This document shows positions 14,678 to 28,824 of a stretch of 64,000 nt of DNA, in pieces (within the stretch, counting starts at the first letter, position 1; the number at the start of each line of letters is the position of its first letter). Under the pieces are notes generated by a model. It saw nothing but the letters and a program-made list of their open reading frames with translations, did not search any database and was not told the origin of the DNA. Where the stretch lies: positions 21,266,001 to 21,330,000 of the forward strand of contig OZ024748.1 in NCBI GenBank assembly GCA_964016885.1. Reading direction: 5' to 3'. A program made the translations under genes and the position numbers. Origin of the DNA: Eledone cirrhosa. Lineage: Eukaryota.

Positions 14678-14959
14678 GTGTGTGTATATACGTATATGTA
14701 TATGTATATACGTATATGCATATGTATATACATATATCCATAAGTATATATGTATAAAATATATGTATATGTATATATTAGTCTCATTAATAACGCTGGT
14801 AGGATTAATCTTAGAATATCTTATCTTCCACAAACCACAGCTTTTCTATCCATTAAGAGAAAACGCTAAACATATCTTCTTAAACGTTAACAAGATCACA
14901 AATCGTTGACCTGCTCCAGCGTTTCGCTTTATACAGTTTTACATAATTCATACAATTTG

Positions 14960-15235
14960 TTCCATCTTCCATCTTCCATCTTCCATCTTCCATCTTCCAT
15001 CTTCCATCTTCAATCTTCCATCTTCTAGCTTCCATCTTCAATCTTCCATCTTCTAGCTTCCATCTTCTAGCTTCCATCTTCTAGCTTCCATCTTCTAGCT
15101 TCCATCTTCCATCTTCTAGCTTCCATCTTCCATCTTCTAGCCTCCATCTTCTAGCTTCCATCTTCTAGCTTCCATCTTCCATCCTCTAGCCTCCATCTTC
15201 TAGCTTCCATCTTCTAGCTTCCATCTTCTAGCTTC
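14960..15235. repeat. 7-bp tandem repeat (CCATCTT / CTAGCTT)
   Basis: Directly visible heptamer array. Confidence 0.95.
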
Positions 15236-15537
15236 TCTTTTGCTACTGTAAGTTACCTCCTTCTTGCCTTCCTTCCCTTTTCTTTTTTTGTATTAGTAAC
15301 AATAACAACAGCAATAACACCAACAACAACATTGGCGACGACGGGGAAGGGGTGTAGAGGAGAGGGAGAGGCAGGAAGAAGAAGAAGAAGAAGAAGAAGA
15401 AGAAGAAGAAGAAGAAGAAGAAGAAGAAGAAGAAGAAGAAGAAGAAGAAGAAGAAGAAGAAGAAGAAGAAATGATGACGAAAGATAATAATCCCCCTCCA
15501 ACCGTCCACCACTTTCTGCTGTAGCTGCTACTGTTGT

Positions 15538-15576
<39 letters not shown>

Positions 15577-16090
15577 AGTAGTAGTAGTAATAGCAGTTGT
15601 TGTTGTTGTTGTTGTTGTAGTTATTGAAGTTGTTATTGTTGTTTGCTGTTGTTTGTTGTTGTAGGTGTTGTAGTTTCAGTTGTTGTTTGTTGTTGTAGTT
15701 GTAGTTGATGTTATAGGTGTAGTAGTAGTAGTTGTTGTAGTACCTGTTGCTGTTGTAGTAGTTGTTGTTGTACTTGTTGTTGTTGTAGTAGTAGTTGTAG
15801 TAGTTGTTGTTGTAGCACTTGTTGTTGTTGTAGTACTTGTTGTTGTAGTTGTAGTAGTTGTTGTTGTTGTAGTACTTGTTGTTGTTGTAGTACTTATTGT
15901 TGTAGTTGTAGTAGTTGTTGTAGTAGTAGTAGTTGTAGTTGTAGTAGTAGTTGTAGTAGTAGTAGTTGTAGTAGTAGTTGTAGTTGTAGTAGTAGTTGTA
16001 GTAGTAGTAGTTGTAGTTGTAGTAGTTGTAGTAGTAGTAGTTGTAGTTGTTGTAGTTGTTGTAGTTGTTATAGTTGTAGTAGTTATAGTT

Positions 16091-16149
<59 letters not shown>

Positions 16150-16274
16150 TGTAGTAGTAGTAGTTGTAGTTGTAGTAGTTGTTATAGTTGTAGTAGTTTT
16201 AGTAGTAGTAGTAGTTGTAGTAGTAGTTGTAGTAGTAGTAGTTGTAGTTGTTGTTGTAGTTGTTGTAGTTGTTA

Positions 16275-16335
<61 letters not shown>

Positions 16336-16452
16336 TCCACTCGTCCCTCGTTAAAAGTCTGAAATATTGGAACAATGGAAAGAAATGTTACGTCAGTTAG
16401 TGAAAGTTACGGAACGATGAACGACAGAAATAATAAGAGCTAAAGAGTGAGT

Positions 16453-16507
<55 letters not shown>

Positions 16508-16522
16508 GGAGAGAGAGAGAGA

Positions 16523-16576
<54 letters not shown>

Positions 16577-16686
16577 AAATGTTGCACCTTATTATTACTT
16601 ATGAAGCTTTCAAACGAAGTCGATTTCTAGGAACATCTTGTACGTCATAACTTTGAGTATGTATGTAACATACTTTCTTGCTTTCA

Positions 16687-16766
<80 letters not shown>

Positions 16767-16892
16767 ATATATATATATATATATATATATAGCAATAAAC
16801 ACGCCCTTTGGGTTACCTCATTCGTCATGCTATTACCTCTATGCAAAGCTTATTTTTGGCATACTACTACTACTACTACTACTACTACTACC

Positions 16893-16958
<66 letters not shown>

Positions 16959-17337
16959 AAGAAGAAGAAGAAGAAGAAGAAGAAGAAGAAGAAGAAGAAG
17001 AAGAAGAAGAAGAAGAACGACGACGACGACGACGACGACAACAACGACAACAACGACAACAACAACAACAACAACGACAACGACAACGACAACAGTAACA
17101 ACATTATTCCGATATTTATAATACAATACGAAGGGCGAATCCTTGAAGAAATTGTAAAGGTTTTCTTTATATTTTATTTTCTGCCATCACGGATTATTAA
17201 CTCCGACCATTGTTAATCCAGACGCAACTGATTGCTTCAGAAAAATGAACGCCTTCGCAATTTCTCCTTGAATTTCAGGTTTATAAATCACTCTTGAAGC
17301 TTTTCCATATCATTGTAGTATATATATACACACACAT

Positions 17338-17392
<55 letters not shown>

Positions 17393-17502
17393 CGCGTGTG
17401 TGTGTGTATGTGCTATATATATATATAGTATATATATATATATGTATAGTATATGTATACATATATCTTTATATACTTATATACATATACCATATATATA
17501 GC

Positions 17503-17559
<57 letters not shown>

Positions 17560-17690
17560 TATATATTACATATATATATATGTATATATGTATATATGTA
17601 TATATGTATATATATATATACATATTCCTTTAAACATTAAACGTATTTATATGTATACATATATATATATATATAAACGTATTTATATGT

Positions 17691-17765
<75 letters not shown>

Positions 17766-17766
17766 C

Positions 17767-17804
<38 letters not shown>

Positions 17805-18369
17805 TTGTATGCATGGGTGTGTAATATATATAAGGTGTATATAATTTTTTTTATATACACATAGATCTTATCCAGTTTTTGATAGATAGTCTAGCAGTTT
17901 TATCTTGATGGTATGTGGAAGTTAGCTGTATTGTAGGAAGTGGGGATCTGCGTCTAAACCCCCACCCACCTTTCAACTAAACTCGTACCTCTTCTAACCT
18001 ATCGTACCCTCCTCCTCACCCCCATAGGTGCTGAGCTGGCCAGTTGCAGGTGTGAGCCCCGCGAGTTGGAATGGCTCTTCCAGCGCGTCTCCTCTTGCCG
18101 TCCTCCGGGGAAACGCCTTCTCCATTCTGTCCCTCCCCTCCGGGGGCTGTGGGGAGGCCATCAACATGATTGACTGACCTGTCCTTTTATCAGTCAACAC
18201 AGAAATTCCTGCCCTATTTATTACCAAGGCCATTCAATTCGACACGAGACACACACACCAAAAAAAGATATTACACGGCACCGACTAACTTTGTTGACGT
18301 AGGTATTCTGTAAGATTATTGCTCAGTACACAAACCTAATTAACAGAATAAGAACTATCGGGATATGTA

Positions 18370-19066
18370 CAGGGACGTCTTAACAGCATTATAGGGCCCC
18401 CGGGCAAAGCAGAGCCCTGGGGCCCCTACCTACACAACCCACAACCACTCACAGGAATGAAAATACAAATGGGCCCCCTATCCTCGTGGGGGCCCCCGGG
18501 AGAAGCAGAGCACTGGGGTCCCTACCTACACAACCACTCACAGGAATAAAAATACAAATGGGCCCCCTATCCTCGTGGGGGCCCCGGGAGAAGCAGAGCA
18601 CTGGGGCCCCTACATACACAACCACTCACAGGAATAAAAATACAAATGGGCCCCCTATCCTCGTGGGGGCCCCCGGGAGAAGCAGAGCACTGGGGCCCCT
18701 ACATACACAACCACTCACAAGAATAAAAATACAAATGGGCCCCCTATCCTCGTGGGTCCCCCGGGAGAAGCAAAGCCCTGGGGTCCCTACCTACACAACC
18801 ACTCACAGGAATAAAAATACAAATGGGCCCCCTATCCTCGAGGGGCCCCCGGGAGAAGCAGAGCCCTGGGGCCCCTACATACACAACCACTCACAGGAAT
18901 AAAAATACAAATGGGCCCCCTATCCTCGTGGGGTCCCCGGGAGAAGCAGAGCACTGGGGCCCCTACATACACAACCTCTCACAGAAATAAAAATACAAAT
19001 GGGCCCCCTATCCTCGTGGGGGCCCCGGGCAACTGCCCAGCGTGCCCATGCGTTAAGACGGCCCTG
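18370..19066. mobile_element. hAT-type MITE carrying an internal array of seven ~89-bp repeats
   Basis: TIRs cagggacgtcttaac / gttaagacggccctg match 14/15; 8-bp TSD gatatgta / gatattta matches 7/8; aatacaaatgggcccc occurs 7 times. Confidence 0.85.
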
Positions 19067-19232
19067 GATATTTAGTATGTCTGAGATTCTGATACCTAGA
19101 CATGGATCTAAATATTGTTGTTGTTTAGCCCTAGGTCACCCTTGATGAAGCAGACCTATGATTATATCTAAATATTCTTAATGTTGTTGTTGTTGCTGTT
19201 GTTGTTGTTGTTTCTGTTGCTGCTGTTGTTGC

Positions 19233-19264
<32 letters not shown>

Positions 19265-19639
19265 GTGTTGTTATTGTTGTTGTTGTTGTTGCTGTTGTTT
19301 CCTTTGCTACTGTAGTTGTTGTTGCTGTTGCTGTTGTTGTTGTTGTTGTTGTTGCTGTTGTTTTCTTTGCTGCTGTTGTTGTTGTTGCTGTTGTTTCTTT
19401 TGTTGTTGTTGTTGTTTCTGTTGTTGTTGTTGATGTTTCTTTTGTTGTTGTTGTTTCTGTTGGTGTTGCTGTTGTTGTTGTTGTTGTTGTTGCCTAGGCA
19501 GCCCCCCCCCCCACACACACACACACCAACTCGCTTGGTTGGAGTGTGGGGGGAACCTGCCTAGGCGAGATTCGTAGAGTTTTGGGGTAGTGGATGGTCA
19601 ACTTCCTTCGGATTTGCGCCTGCGCAAACCGTTGGGGGT

Positions 19640-19948
19640 GTATTGGGAATCACAAGGGAACGGGCGAAGGATTCAAGAACTCCCGCTTTGTCCGTTCCCT
19701 TGTCGTTCCAATTTGGATTGCCTCGGAAACATAACCTTATTATGTAAGAAGCTGTCTGATGATGTCACTGGGTACACGGGATCGTGTGACAACTGTCGTC
19801 ATTGAAATATGTATCACAGCCTTGTCAATAAAGGACTTTAACATCTGAAACTACTTCGTATTTTCTTATTCTAAATATACTCCGTCACTCCTTTGTGGAA
19901 AAAGTGCGTTGAGTCCTTGATTTGAATTGCATCAATATTTACCGTAAG

Positions 19949-19950
<2 letters not shown>
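19640..19950 (+). mobile_element. PLE pLTR-like repeat F3 with hammerhead-like motif at 19751-19820; copies at 54025-54352 and a mini fold-back at 32899-32978
   Basis: gctgt-CTGATGA-...-GAAA-tatgta-TC-acagc then AATAAA; high similarity to 54100-54350; 3' end abuts (TA)n. Confidence 0.7.
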
Positions 19951-19976
<26 letters not shown>

Positions 19977-19980
<4 letters not shown>

Positions 19981-20334
19981 GAGGTTATATTTAATTTGTT
20001 GGGATTCAACAAGCTTAAACATGTTTATAACTGATATAAAGCACTCAACAAGTTAGTGGAGTAAATACACAATATATTAATAAATGGAAACTATATTTAT
20101 AAAACCATATTTATTGTATTATACACATTTCAAGGGCAACCAAGGCGAATTATGGCGCGCTTTCCTATCCAGGAAGCTCCAACCGTTAAGGTTGCCTTTT
20201 TTTCCGGGTATGTCACTATTTATTTATAAAACAAATCTGTATTTTATCTGATGAAAGCGCACCATAATTCGCCTTGGTTGCCCTTGAAATATGTATAATA
20301 AAATAAATATGGTTTTATAAATATAGTTTCCATT

Positions 20335-20339
<5 letters not shown>
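19977..20339 (-). mobile_element. Fold-back element family F4 in (TA)n (tail 19977-20078, arms ~20079-20164 / 20253-20338)
   Basis: Inverted arms are visible; homologous to 46730-47180, 61332-61535 and 29021-29092. Confidence 0.8.
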
Positions 20340-20391
<52 letters not shown>

Positions 20392-20417
20392 ATCTATCTA
20401 CCTACCTACCTATCCAC

Positions 20418-20514
<97 letters not shown>

Positions 20515-20654
20515 TCTACCTATCTGAACTATATCACGTCAGATCAATCAGTCAATCAATCAAATCAGGTACACTACACTGCCAGGTGTAAACATTACAA
20601 TATAAAATAAATAACAGCAGCAGCAGGTGGAAACATTTCAATGTAAAGTAAGCA

Positions 20655-20772
20655 AAAACAACAGCAGCACCCACAGTAGCGGCAGCAGCAGCAACAACAG
20701 AAGCAGCAGCAACAGCAACAGCAGCAGCAGTGACAGCAGCAGCAGCAACAACAGCAACAACCGCAGCAACAA

Positions 20773-20803
<31 letters not shown>

Positions 20804-20827
20804 CGCAGCAGTGTCAGCAGCAACAAC

Positions 20828-20858
<31 letters not shown>

Positions 20859-21388
20859 ACAGCAGCAGCAACAACAGCAGTAGCAACAGCAGCAACAACA
20901 GCAGTAGCAACAGCAGCAACAACAGCAGCACCAACAACAGCAGCAGCAACAACAGCAACAACAGCAGCAGCAACAACAGCAGTAGCAGCAACAGCAACAA
21001 CAGCAACAACAGCAGCACCAACAACAGCAGCAGCAACAACAGCAGCAGCAACAGCAGCAACAACACCAACAACAGCAGCACCAACAACAGCAGCAGCAAC
21101 AACAGCAACAACAGCAACAGCAACAACAGCAGCACCAACAACAGCAGCAGCAACAACAGCAACAACAGCAGCAGCAACAACAGCAGCAATAACAGCAACA
21201 ACAGCAGCACCAACAACAGCAGCAGCAACAACACCAACAACAGCAGCAGCAACAACAGCAACAACAGCAGCACCAACAACAGCAGCAACAACAGCAGCAA
21301 CAACAGCAGCAACAACAGCAACAACAACAGCAGCAACAAACAGCAGCAGCAACAACAGCAACAACAGCAGCAGCAACAACAGCAGCAG

Positions 21389-21426
<38 letters not shown>

Positions 21427-21530
21427 ACAACAGCAGCAGCAACAACAGCAGCAGCAACAACATCAGCAGCAACAGCAGCAACAGCAGCAACAGCAGCAAC
21501 AGCAGCAACAGCAGCAACAGTAACAGCAGC
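20655..21530. repeat. (CAG/CAA)n cryptic trinucleotide array
   Basis: Simple-sequence array that is open in several frames. Confidence 0.95.
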
Positions 21531-22202
21531 AGGTGTAATTCTCAGGTCAGAATGATCCTGAGTTCAAAGTGACACACACACACACACACACACACATACT
21601 CACTTATACACACATACATACACACACTTATACAAACGCACGCACACAAACTGATATACACATACACACACACATGCATGCACACAACACACGCACACAT
21701 ACACGCACACATACACACACACCTACACATACATACTTACACACTTACACACACACCTACACACGCACTCACTCACACACATACACATGCACACTTATAC
21801 ACTTACACACATATACACATACACACACACACGCTTAGACACACACACCTACACACACACACACACCTAAACACACACACACTTACACACACACCTACAC
21901 ATACATACTTACACACGCACTCACTTACACACATACACATGCACACTTATACACTTACACACATCTACACATACACACACACACGCTTACACACACACAC
22001 CTACACACTTACACACACACACCTACACACACACACCTACACACACACACACCTACACACTTACACACACACACACACTTACACACACAAGGTCATCAAT
22101 TAGAAGTTCTGTTGTATCATATTTCAACGGTTTTGTTTTTATGTTTCTGGTTCGAAATTGAGGGAAATTCATCCTCCATCACCCAATCTCTATAGCAACC
22201 AC

Positions 22203-22760
22203 TGGTGGTGGGATGGTAAGATGGTATGGTGGTATGGTCGTATGGTCGTATGGTCGTATCGATGGTATGGTGGTATGGTCGTATCGGTGGTATGGTGGTA
22301 TGATAGTATGGTGGTATGGTGGTATGGTGGTATTGATGGTATGGTCGTATGGTGGTATGGTGTTATCGGTGATATGGTGGTATGGTGGTAGGATGGTATG
22401 GTGGTATGGTGGTATCGGTGGTATGGTCGTATCGATGGTATGGTGGTATGGTCGAATCGATGGTATGGTGGTATGGTGGTATGGTGATATTGATGGTATG
22501 GTGGTATTGGTGGTATGGTGGTATGGTGATATTGATGGTATGGTGGTATCGGTGGTATGGTAGTATGGTGGTATGGTGGTATCGGTGGTATGATGGTATG
22601 ATGGAATCGATGGTATGATGGTAAGATGGTGTCAGTGGTATGGTGGTGTTGATGGTATATTGGTATCGGTGGTGTGATGGTATTGATGTTGGTATCGGTG
22701 GTATGAGTGGTGTGATGGTATCGATGGAATCGGTGGCTGGATGGTTTGATGGTATGATAT
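22203..22760. repeat. (TGGTA/TGG)-based minisatellite
   Basis: Recurring ggtatggtggtatc motifs. Confidence 0.9.
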
Positions 22761-22990
22761 CGTGTGATAAACATGCAACCTGGTTTATCTCACGGTAGAA
22801 TTCTCGAGTATAATGGAATGGATATGTGATAACAACTCTTTCTCCCTCTCTCTCTCTGTCTCTCTCTTTCTCTCTCCATCTCTCTCTCTCACTTTCTCTC
22901 TCTCCCTCTCTCTCTCCTCCTCTCTCTATGTATCTCTCTCTTTCTCGATGTCTCTCTCACTCTTTCTCTCTATGTATGTATCTCTCATTG

Positions 22991-23029
<39 letters not shown>

Positions 23030-23105
23030 CTATCTCTTTCTCTCTATGTATGTATCTCTCTATTTCTCTCTATCCATGTATCTATCTATCTATCTATCTC
23101 TATCT

Positions 23106-23169
<64 letters not shown>

Positions 23170-23453
23170 TGCTCTCTATGTATATATATCTCTCTCACTC
23201 AGTCATAGAGGTGCATACTTTCACCTTGCTGGCGGCGGCGTTGTCGGAGGAGGTGGCGTCGTTGTAAGAGGTGGTGGTGGAGGCGGTGGCAGTGGTGGAG
23301 GTGGAGGCGGTGGCAATGGTGGAGGCGGTGACGGTTGTGGTGGAGATGGAGGCGGCGGTAATTGCTGAAAACCAAACGACTAATCAATAATCTCCACTTT
23401 GGTTCCTTCATTAAATCTGTCTGTTCGTCTTTTGCACTGGAACGCACGAATCG

Positions 23454-23559
<106 letters not shown>

Positions 23560-23655
23560 ATGAGGAGAATGAATACTGCGTGGTTGCACATGGGTTACAT
23601 ATGATAAAAATAGTCCTTCATCAGTGATTTTCCAACCTTCATTGGTATTTCATCG

Positions 23656-23694
<39 letters not shown>

Positions 23695-23792
23695 TGTGTG
23701 CGTGTGCATATATATATATATATATGTATGTATATATGTATATATGTATAAATATATATATATATATACGTATATATATATATATATATACG

Positions 23793-23849
<57 letters not shown>

Positions 23850-23908
23850 ATATATATTATATATATATATATATATTATATATATATATAAATATTATAT
23901 ATATATAT

Positions 23909-23940
<32 letters not shown>

Positions 23941-23962
23941 ATATATATTATATATATATATA

Positions 23963-24181
<219 letters not shown>

Positions 24182-24483
24182 ATATATATAAAAACAAATA
24201 ACGAAACGAAATTAAATTTCGTTTCGTTTGTAACTCACCTTTGTATGACTGACGCTTAAACAATTAAGTTAAAAATGTACATCCACATATGTATACTGAA
24301 ATACTAGTATGCATATGAATACACACACGTGTACATATGTAGATGTACCGAGTTTTTCACTGGTCACTTTACTGTGAGTGTCCAGCTATTCTGTATGTAA
24401 ACACACAGACAAACCGGTTTTTAGAGTCATACTGGTTTTTGAGGAAACACCTTTCCTCTATTCTCCAGAAAGCCAGACAAGGA

Positions 24484-24526
24484 ATATTGGACTAGTTTCG
24501 ATGTTGTTACATCTCATCAGCAATAT
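24484..24526 (-). ncRNA. Canonical minimal type-I hammerhead ribozyme (mirror copy)
   Basis: Exact reverse complement of 24771-24813. Confidence 0.9.
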
Positions 24527-24770
24527 TTACCTATCTTCCGGCCTTTCTAGAGAATCGTAAAAGCACATATCGTTATATGCTTTTTCTATGAAAATTAGTA
24601 GTGGGCAGACAAATTTGCATAGAGCGTGAGTACGTACCGGTTCAACGGAGACGATAAAAATACGTACTCACGCTCTATGCAAATTAGTCTGCCCACTACT
24701 AATTTTCATAGAAAAAGCATATAACGATATGTGCTTTTACGATTCTCTAGAAAGGCCGGAGGATAGGTAA

Positions 24771-24813
24771 ATATTGCTGATGAGATGTAACAACATCGAA
24801 ACTAGTCCAATAT
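24771..24813 (+). ncRNA. Canonical minimal type-I hammerhead ribozyme
   Basis: ATATTG-CTGATGA-GATGT-AACA-ACATC-GAAAC-TA-GTC-CAATAT: intact core, perfect stems I and II, GUC cleavage triplet, palindromic ACTAGT stem III. Confidence 0.9.
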
Positions 24814-25046
24814 TCCTTGTCTGGCTTTCTGGAGAATAGAGGAAAGGTGTTTCCTCAAAAACCAGTATGACTCTAAAAACCGGTTTGTCTGTGTGTTTAC
24901 ATACAGAATAGCTGGACACTCACAGTAAAGTGACCAGTGAAAAACTCGGTACATCTACATATGTACACGTGTGTGTATTCATATGCATACTAGTATTTCA
25001 GTATACATATGTGGATGTACATTTTTAACTTAATTATATATATATA

Positions 25047-25129
<83 letters not shown>

Positions 25130-25154
25130 ATATATATATGTGTGTATATATATA

Positions 25155-25194
<40 letters not shown>

Positions 25195-25469
25195 CACACA
25201 TATATATATTCATATATACATACAGGCATGCATACACACATACATACATACATACATACATACATACATACATACATACATACACAAATAGATGCATCCA
25301 TACATACATCCTTCTTTTTTAAGACAATAGTGTGTAATTTAAGAGAAACTTGGCTTTTATTTCTAGCATCTCAATCCACTACATAAAGGTTCTTTCGTCT
25401 GGCTCATCAGAGAACAATGTTGGAAATTTTTGTTGTTTAACCACAGGTCGACTGTCCCGTAGGTGTGTA

Positions 25470-25991
25470 CGAGGGAGCTTCGAAAAGTTCGTGGAAAAAG
25501 TTCATAGCTAAAAATCATATGCAGGAATTTTGATCTCGATGCACATGTACGTTCTCGTTCTAACGTGTCACAACGTGAACTCTTAAATGCAGCACCGCCA
25601 GGCGGAAGTCAGCATCACCTCGAGCAGCATGGTCTCCATCAAAATACCAAATTCATGGTGAAGCTAGGGTGGCAGAGCAACCAATTCGTTGATGCTCTGG
25701 AGAAAATTTATGGAGACAATGCCCCCCCCCCCAAAAAAAAAATCAACCTATAAATGGATAAGTTTGTTTCAGAATTGGAAGAGATGTGGTTGAAGACGAT
25801 CCCCAGTTGAAGATGTAGAAAAGGCTGCTTTAACATGGCCCACAGTTTTACACAGATGGACATAAAGGCTGGTATCAACGCTTGCAGAAGTGTATTGACT
25901 TAGATGGAGTATATGTGGAAAAATAAACATCATAACTTAAACCGTTTTTTTGCAACTGTTCTTTTTTCCACAAACCTTTTGAAGCCCAAAG
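25470..25991 (+). mobile_element. Internally deleted mariner (Hsmar2/irritans-like), TA TSD
   Basis: TIRs cgagggagcttcgaaaagttcgtggaaaaa / tttttccacaaaccttttgaagcccaaag flanked by TA; N-terminal KFMVKLGW..DALEKIYGDNAP and C-terminal GWYQRLQKCIDLDGVYVEK* transposase pieces. Confidence 0.85.
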
Positions 25992-26111
25992 TATATAAAC
26001 CACATTTATATGACAAATATAACAACTGCGCCAGAAGCAGTTGCAGAAGTAATGTCACCATTCTCAACAACAGCTACAACAAAAACATTAATATCAACAA
26101 TAATGATAATA

Positions 26112-26325
26112 ATTTCTAGTATAGGCACAAGGCCAGTAATTTTGGAGGAGCGGAAAGTCGATTAAATCGACCCCAGTTCATTACTGGTACTTTATGTTAT
26201 CTACTCCGTAATGATGAAAGGCAAAGTTAACCTCGGCAGGATTTAAACACAGATCATAAAGGGCCGGAACTCTATGCTGCAAAGCATGGCGTCCGACGCT
26301 CTACCGATACAACCAATCCATCGTC
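26112..26325 (-). mobile_element. SINE family S1, diverged copy
   Basis: Same core and head as 1399-1580. Confidence 0.85.
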
Positions 26326-27352
26326 CTACTAATAATAATAACAGCAACAATAACAACAACATTATTAACTGTAGCAACAATTAGAATGATAACAACAACA
26401 TTAGCAACATTTTATTCTATGTAAAAATTTATATTGTAAATACAATTTAATAGAAAAAGAAAAAAAATTAGATTGAGAAGAAAGAATGGAATTTAAAATA
26501 AGAAAATATTTTTTTTTAAAAAACGGAAAAGGAAAGGAAATCTAGGGCTTTAGTGTCACAGAAGAAGGGTGAGGCGTGGGGAGGGGGATTGGTCTCTGGG
26601 TCTAGGGCACTGTGGTAATGGGGATGCGGCCCACGGCAAAGACCGCAGTAACAGCAACAGCACTAACAACAACAAAAACAGTAACAGCAGCAACAACAAC
26701 AACAACAACAACAACAACAGTAGCAGCAACAACAATAACAACAAAAACAACAACAACAGTAGTAACAACAACAACAGTAGAAGCAACAGTAATAACAACA
26801 AAAACAACAACAACAGTAGTAATAACAACAACAGTAGAAGCAACAGTAATAACAACAAAAACAACAACAACAGTAGTAACAACAACAACAACAACAACAG
26901 TAACAGTAGCAGCAACAACAATAACAACAACAACAGTAGTAGCAACAGCAACAACAACAGTAGCAGCAACATCACTAACAACAACAACAAAAACAGAAAC
27001 AACAACAACAACAATAACAACAACAACAACAACAGTAGCAGCAACCACAATAACAACAAAAACAACACAAACAACAACAACAACAGTAGTAGCAACAGCG
27101 CTAACAACAGTAGTATCAACAACACTAACAACAACAACAATAAGAGCAGCAATACGTGATATGTTCGGCTGAGGGTGAGATGTAATGAAGTACAAGTGGA
27201 TATAAAAAGAAGCCAGTTCTAAACAAACAGTTGGTTGTATAGGGATGATAACAGATGTTCAGTTTGTTGGTGTACACTTCCTCTGATGATACAACAACAA
27301 CTGGAATAACAACAACAGGAACTACAACAGTAATAACAGCAACAACATCAGT

Positions 27353-27392
<40 letters not shown>

Positions 27393-27724
27393 TCAGTAAT
27401 AACAACAACAACAACAACAACAATAACAACAGCAACAGCAACAACAACAACAACAACAGCAACAGCAACAACAACAACAACAGCAACAACAACAACAGTG
27501 TCGGTGACCAGTAAAGAATGCAACCAACGTTGTCGTTTGATAAACGAGAAATTTGATCATATACATATATAATATATAGCTGCTGGCTATGGTATGTGTT
27601 AGTATGAATGTGTGATAGACTGTATGTGTGTGTGTCTGTGTGTGTGTCTCTCTCTCTCCCTCTCTATCTATCTCTATCTCTCTCTCCCTCTCTATCTCCC
27701 CCCCCCCCCTCTCTCTCTCTCTCA

Positions 27725-27778
<54 letters not shown>

Positions 27779-28462
27779 CTATCTATCTCTCCCCCCCCTC
27801 TCTCTCTCTCTCTCCCTCTCTATCTATCTATCTCTATCTATCTCTCCCCTTCCCTCTCTCTCTCTCCCTCTCTCTGTCTCTCTATCTATCTATCTATCTC
27901 TCCCCTTCTCCCCACCCTCTCTCTCTCTCTCTCTGTTTGACTCAGTGTGTGTCATTGTGTGTATATGTGTAGTGTCACTCTGTGTATATATGTGTGGATG
28001 TGTGTCACTGTGTATGTATGTGAGTGCGTGTGTGACACTGTATGGGTGAGTAGCTATGTGTGTGTGAGAGAGACACTGTGGGTGTTACTGTGTGTATATG
28101 TGTGTGACTCTGTATGTGTGTGTGTGTGTGACTCTGAGCGAGTGTGTGTGTGTGATTCTCTGTGTGGGTGTGTATGTGTGTGTGACCCTGTGTGTGAGTG
28201 TGTATGTGTGTGTATGTGTGACTCTGTATTTGTGAGTGTGACTCTGTGTGTGTTTTTTAATCTGCGTGTGTGTGACTCTGTGTGTGTGACTCTGTGTGTG
28301 TATGTGTGTGACTGTGTGACTGTGTGTGTGAGTGTGATACTGTGTGTATGACTATGCATGTGTGTGAGTTGACACTGTGTGTATGACTCTGCGTGTGTGT
28401 GAGTTGTCACTGTGTGTGTGTGACTCCGTGAGTATGACTGTGTGTGTGTGTGTGTACAATGG

Positions 28463-28502
<40 letters not shown>

Positions 28503-28665
28503 TTATATATTAAGAGTTTGACTTGTTTCTTGTATCAAACGGTTTCGTGTCTGTAAATACGACCAGTTATTTCAGATAAAATCAAAAAAAATCTGTCGTC
28601 TCATTTTTACCTCTTTCGTTTATACCAAAACTTGTAAACACATACATATCTACCCACCACCCACG

Positions 28666-28729
<64 letters not shown>

Positions 28730-28730
28730 C

Positions 28731-28824
<94 letters not shown>

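Larger units (their letters stand above)
24190..25035 (-). mobile_element. Large fold-back element F5 in (TA)n: 375-bp arms (24262-24636 / 24661-25035), 24-bp spacer, ~72-nt tail on the left
   Basis: Identical ORFs 24378..24560(+) and 24737..24919(-); about 2 mismatches between arms by eye. Confidence 0.92.

Noticed and set aside
18390-19030. CRISPR-like array
   Set aside because: Units are contiguous near-identical repeats with no unique spacers, inside TIRs, in eukaryotic DNA with no cas genes.
20552-21572. Long poly-Q/S/N/A/T ORFs resembling mucin or antifreeze proteins
   Set aside because: Pure CAG/CAA microsatellite open in most frames on both strands; no unique flanking coding sequence or splice evidence.
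24378-24919. Two identical 60-aa genes on opposite strands
   Set aside because: A by-product of the palindrome; no recognisable protein motif.
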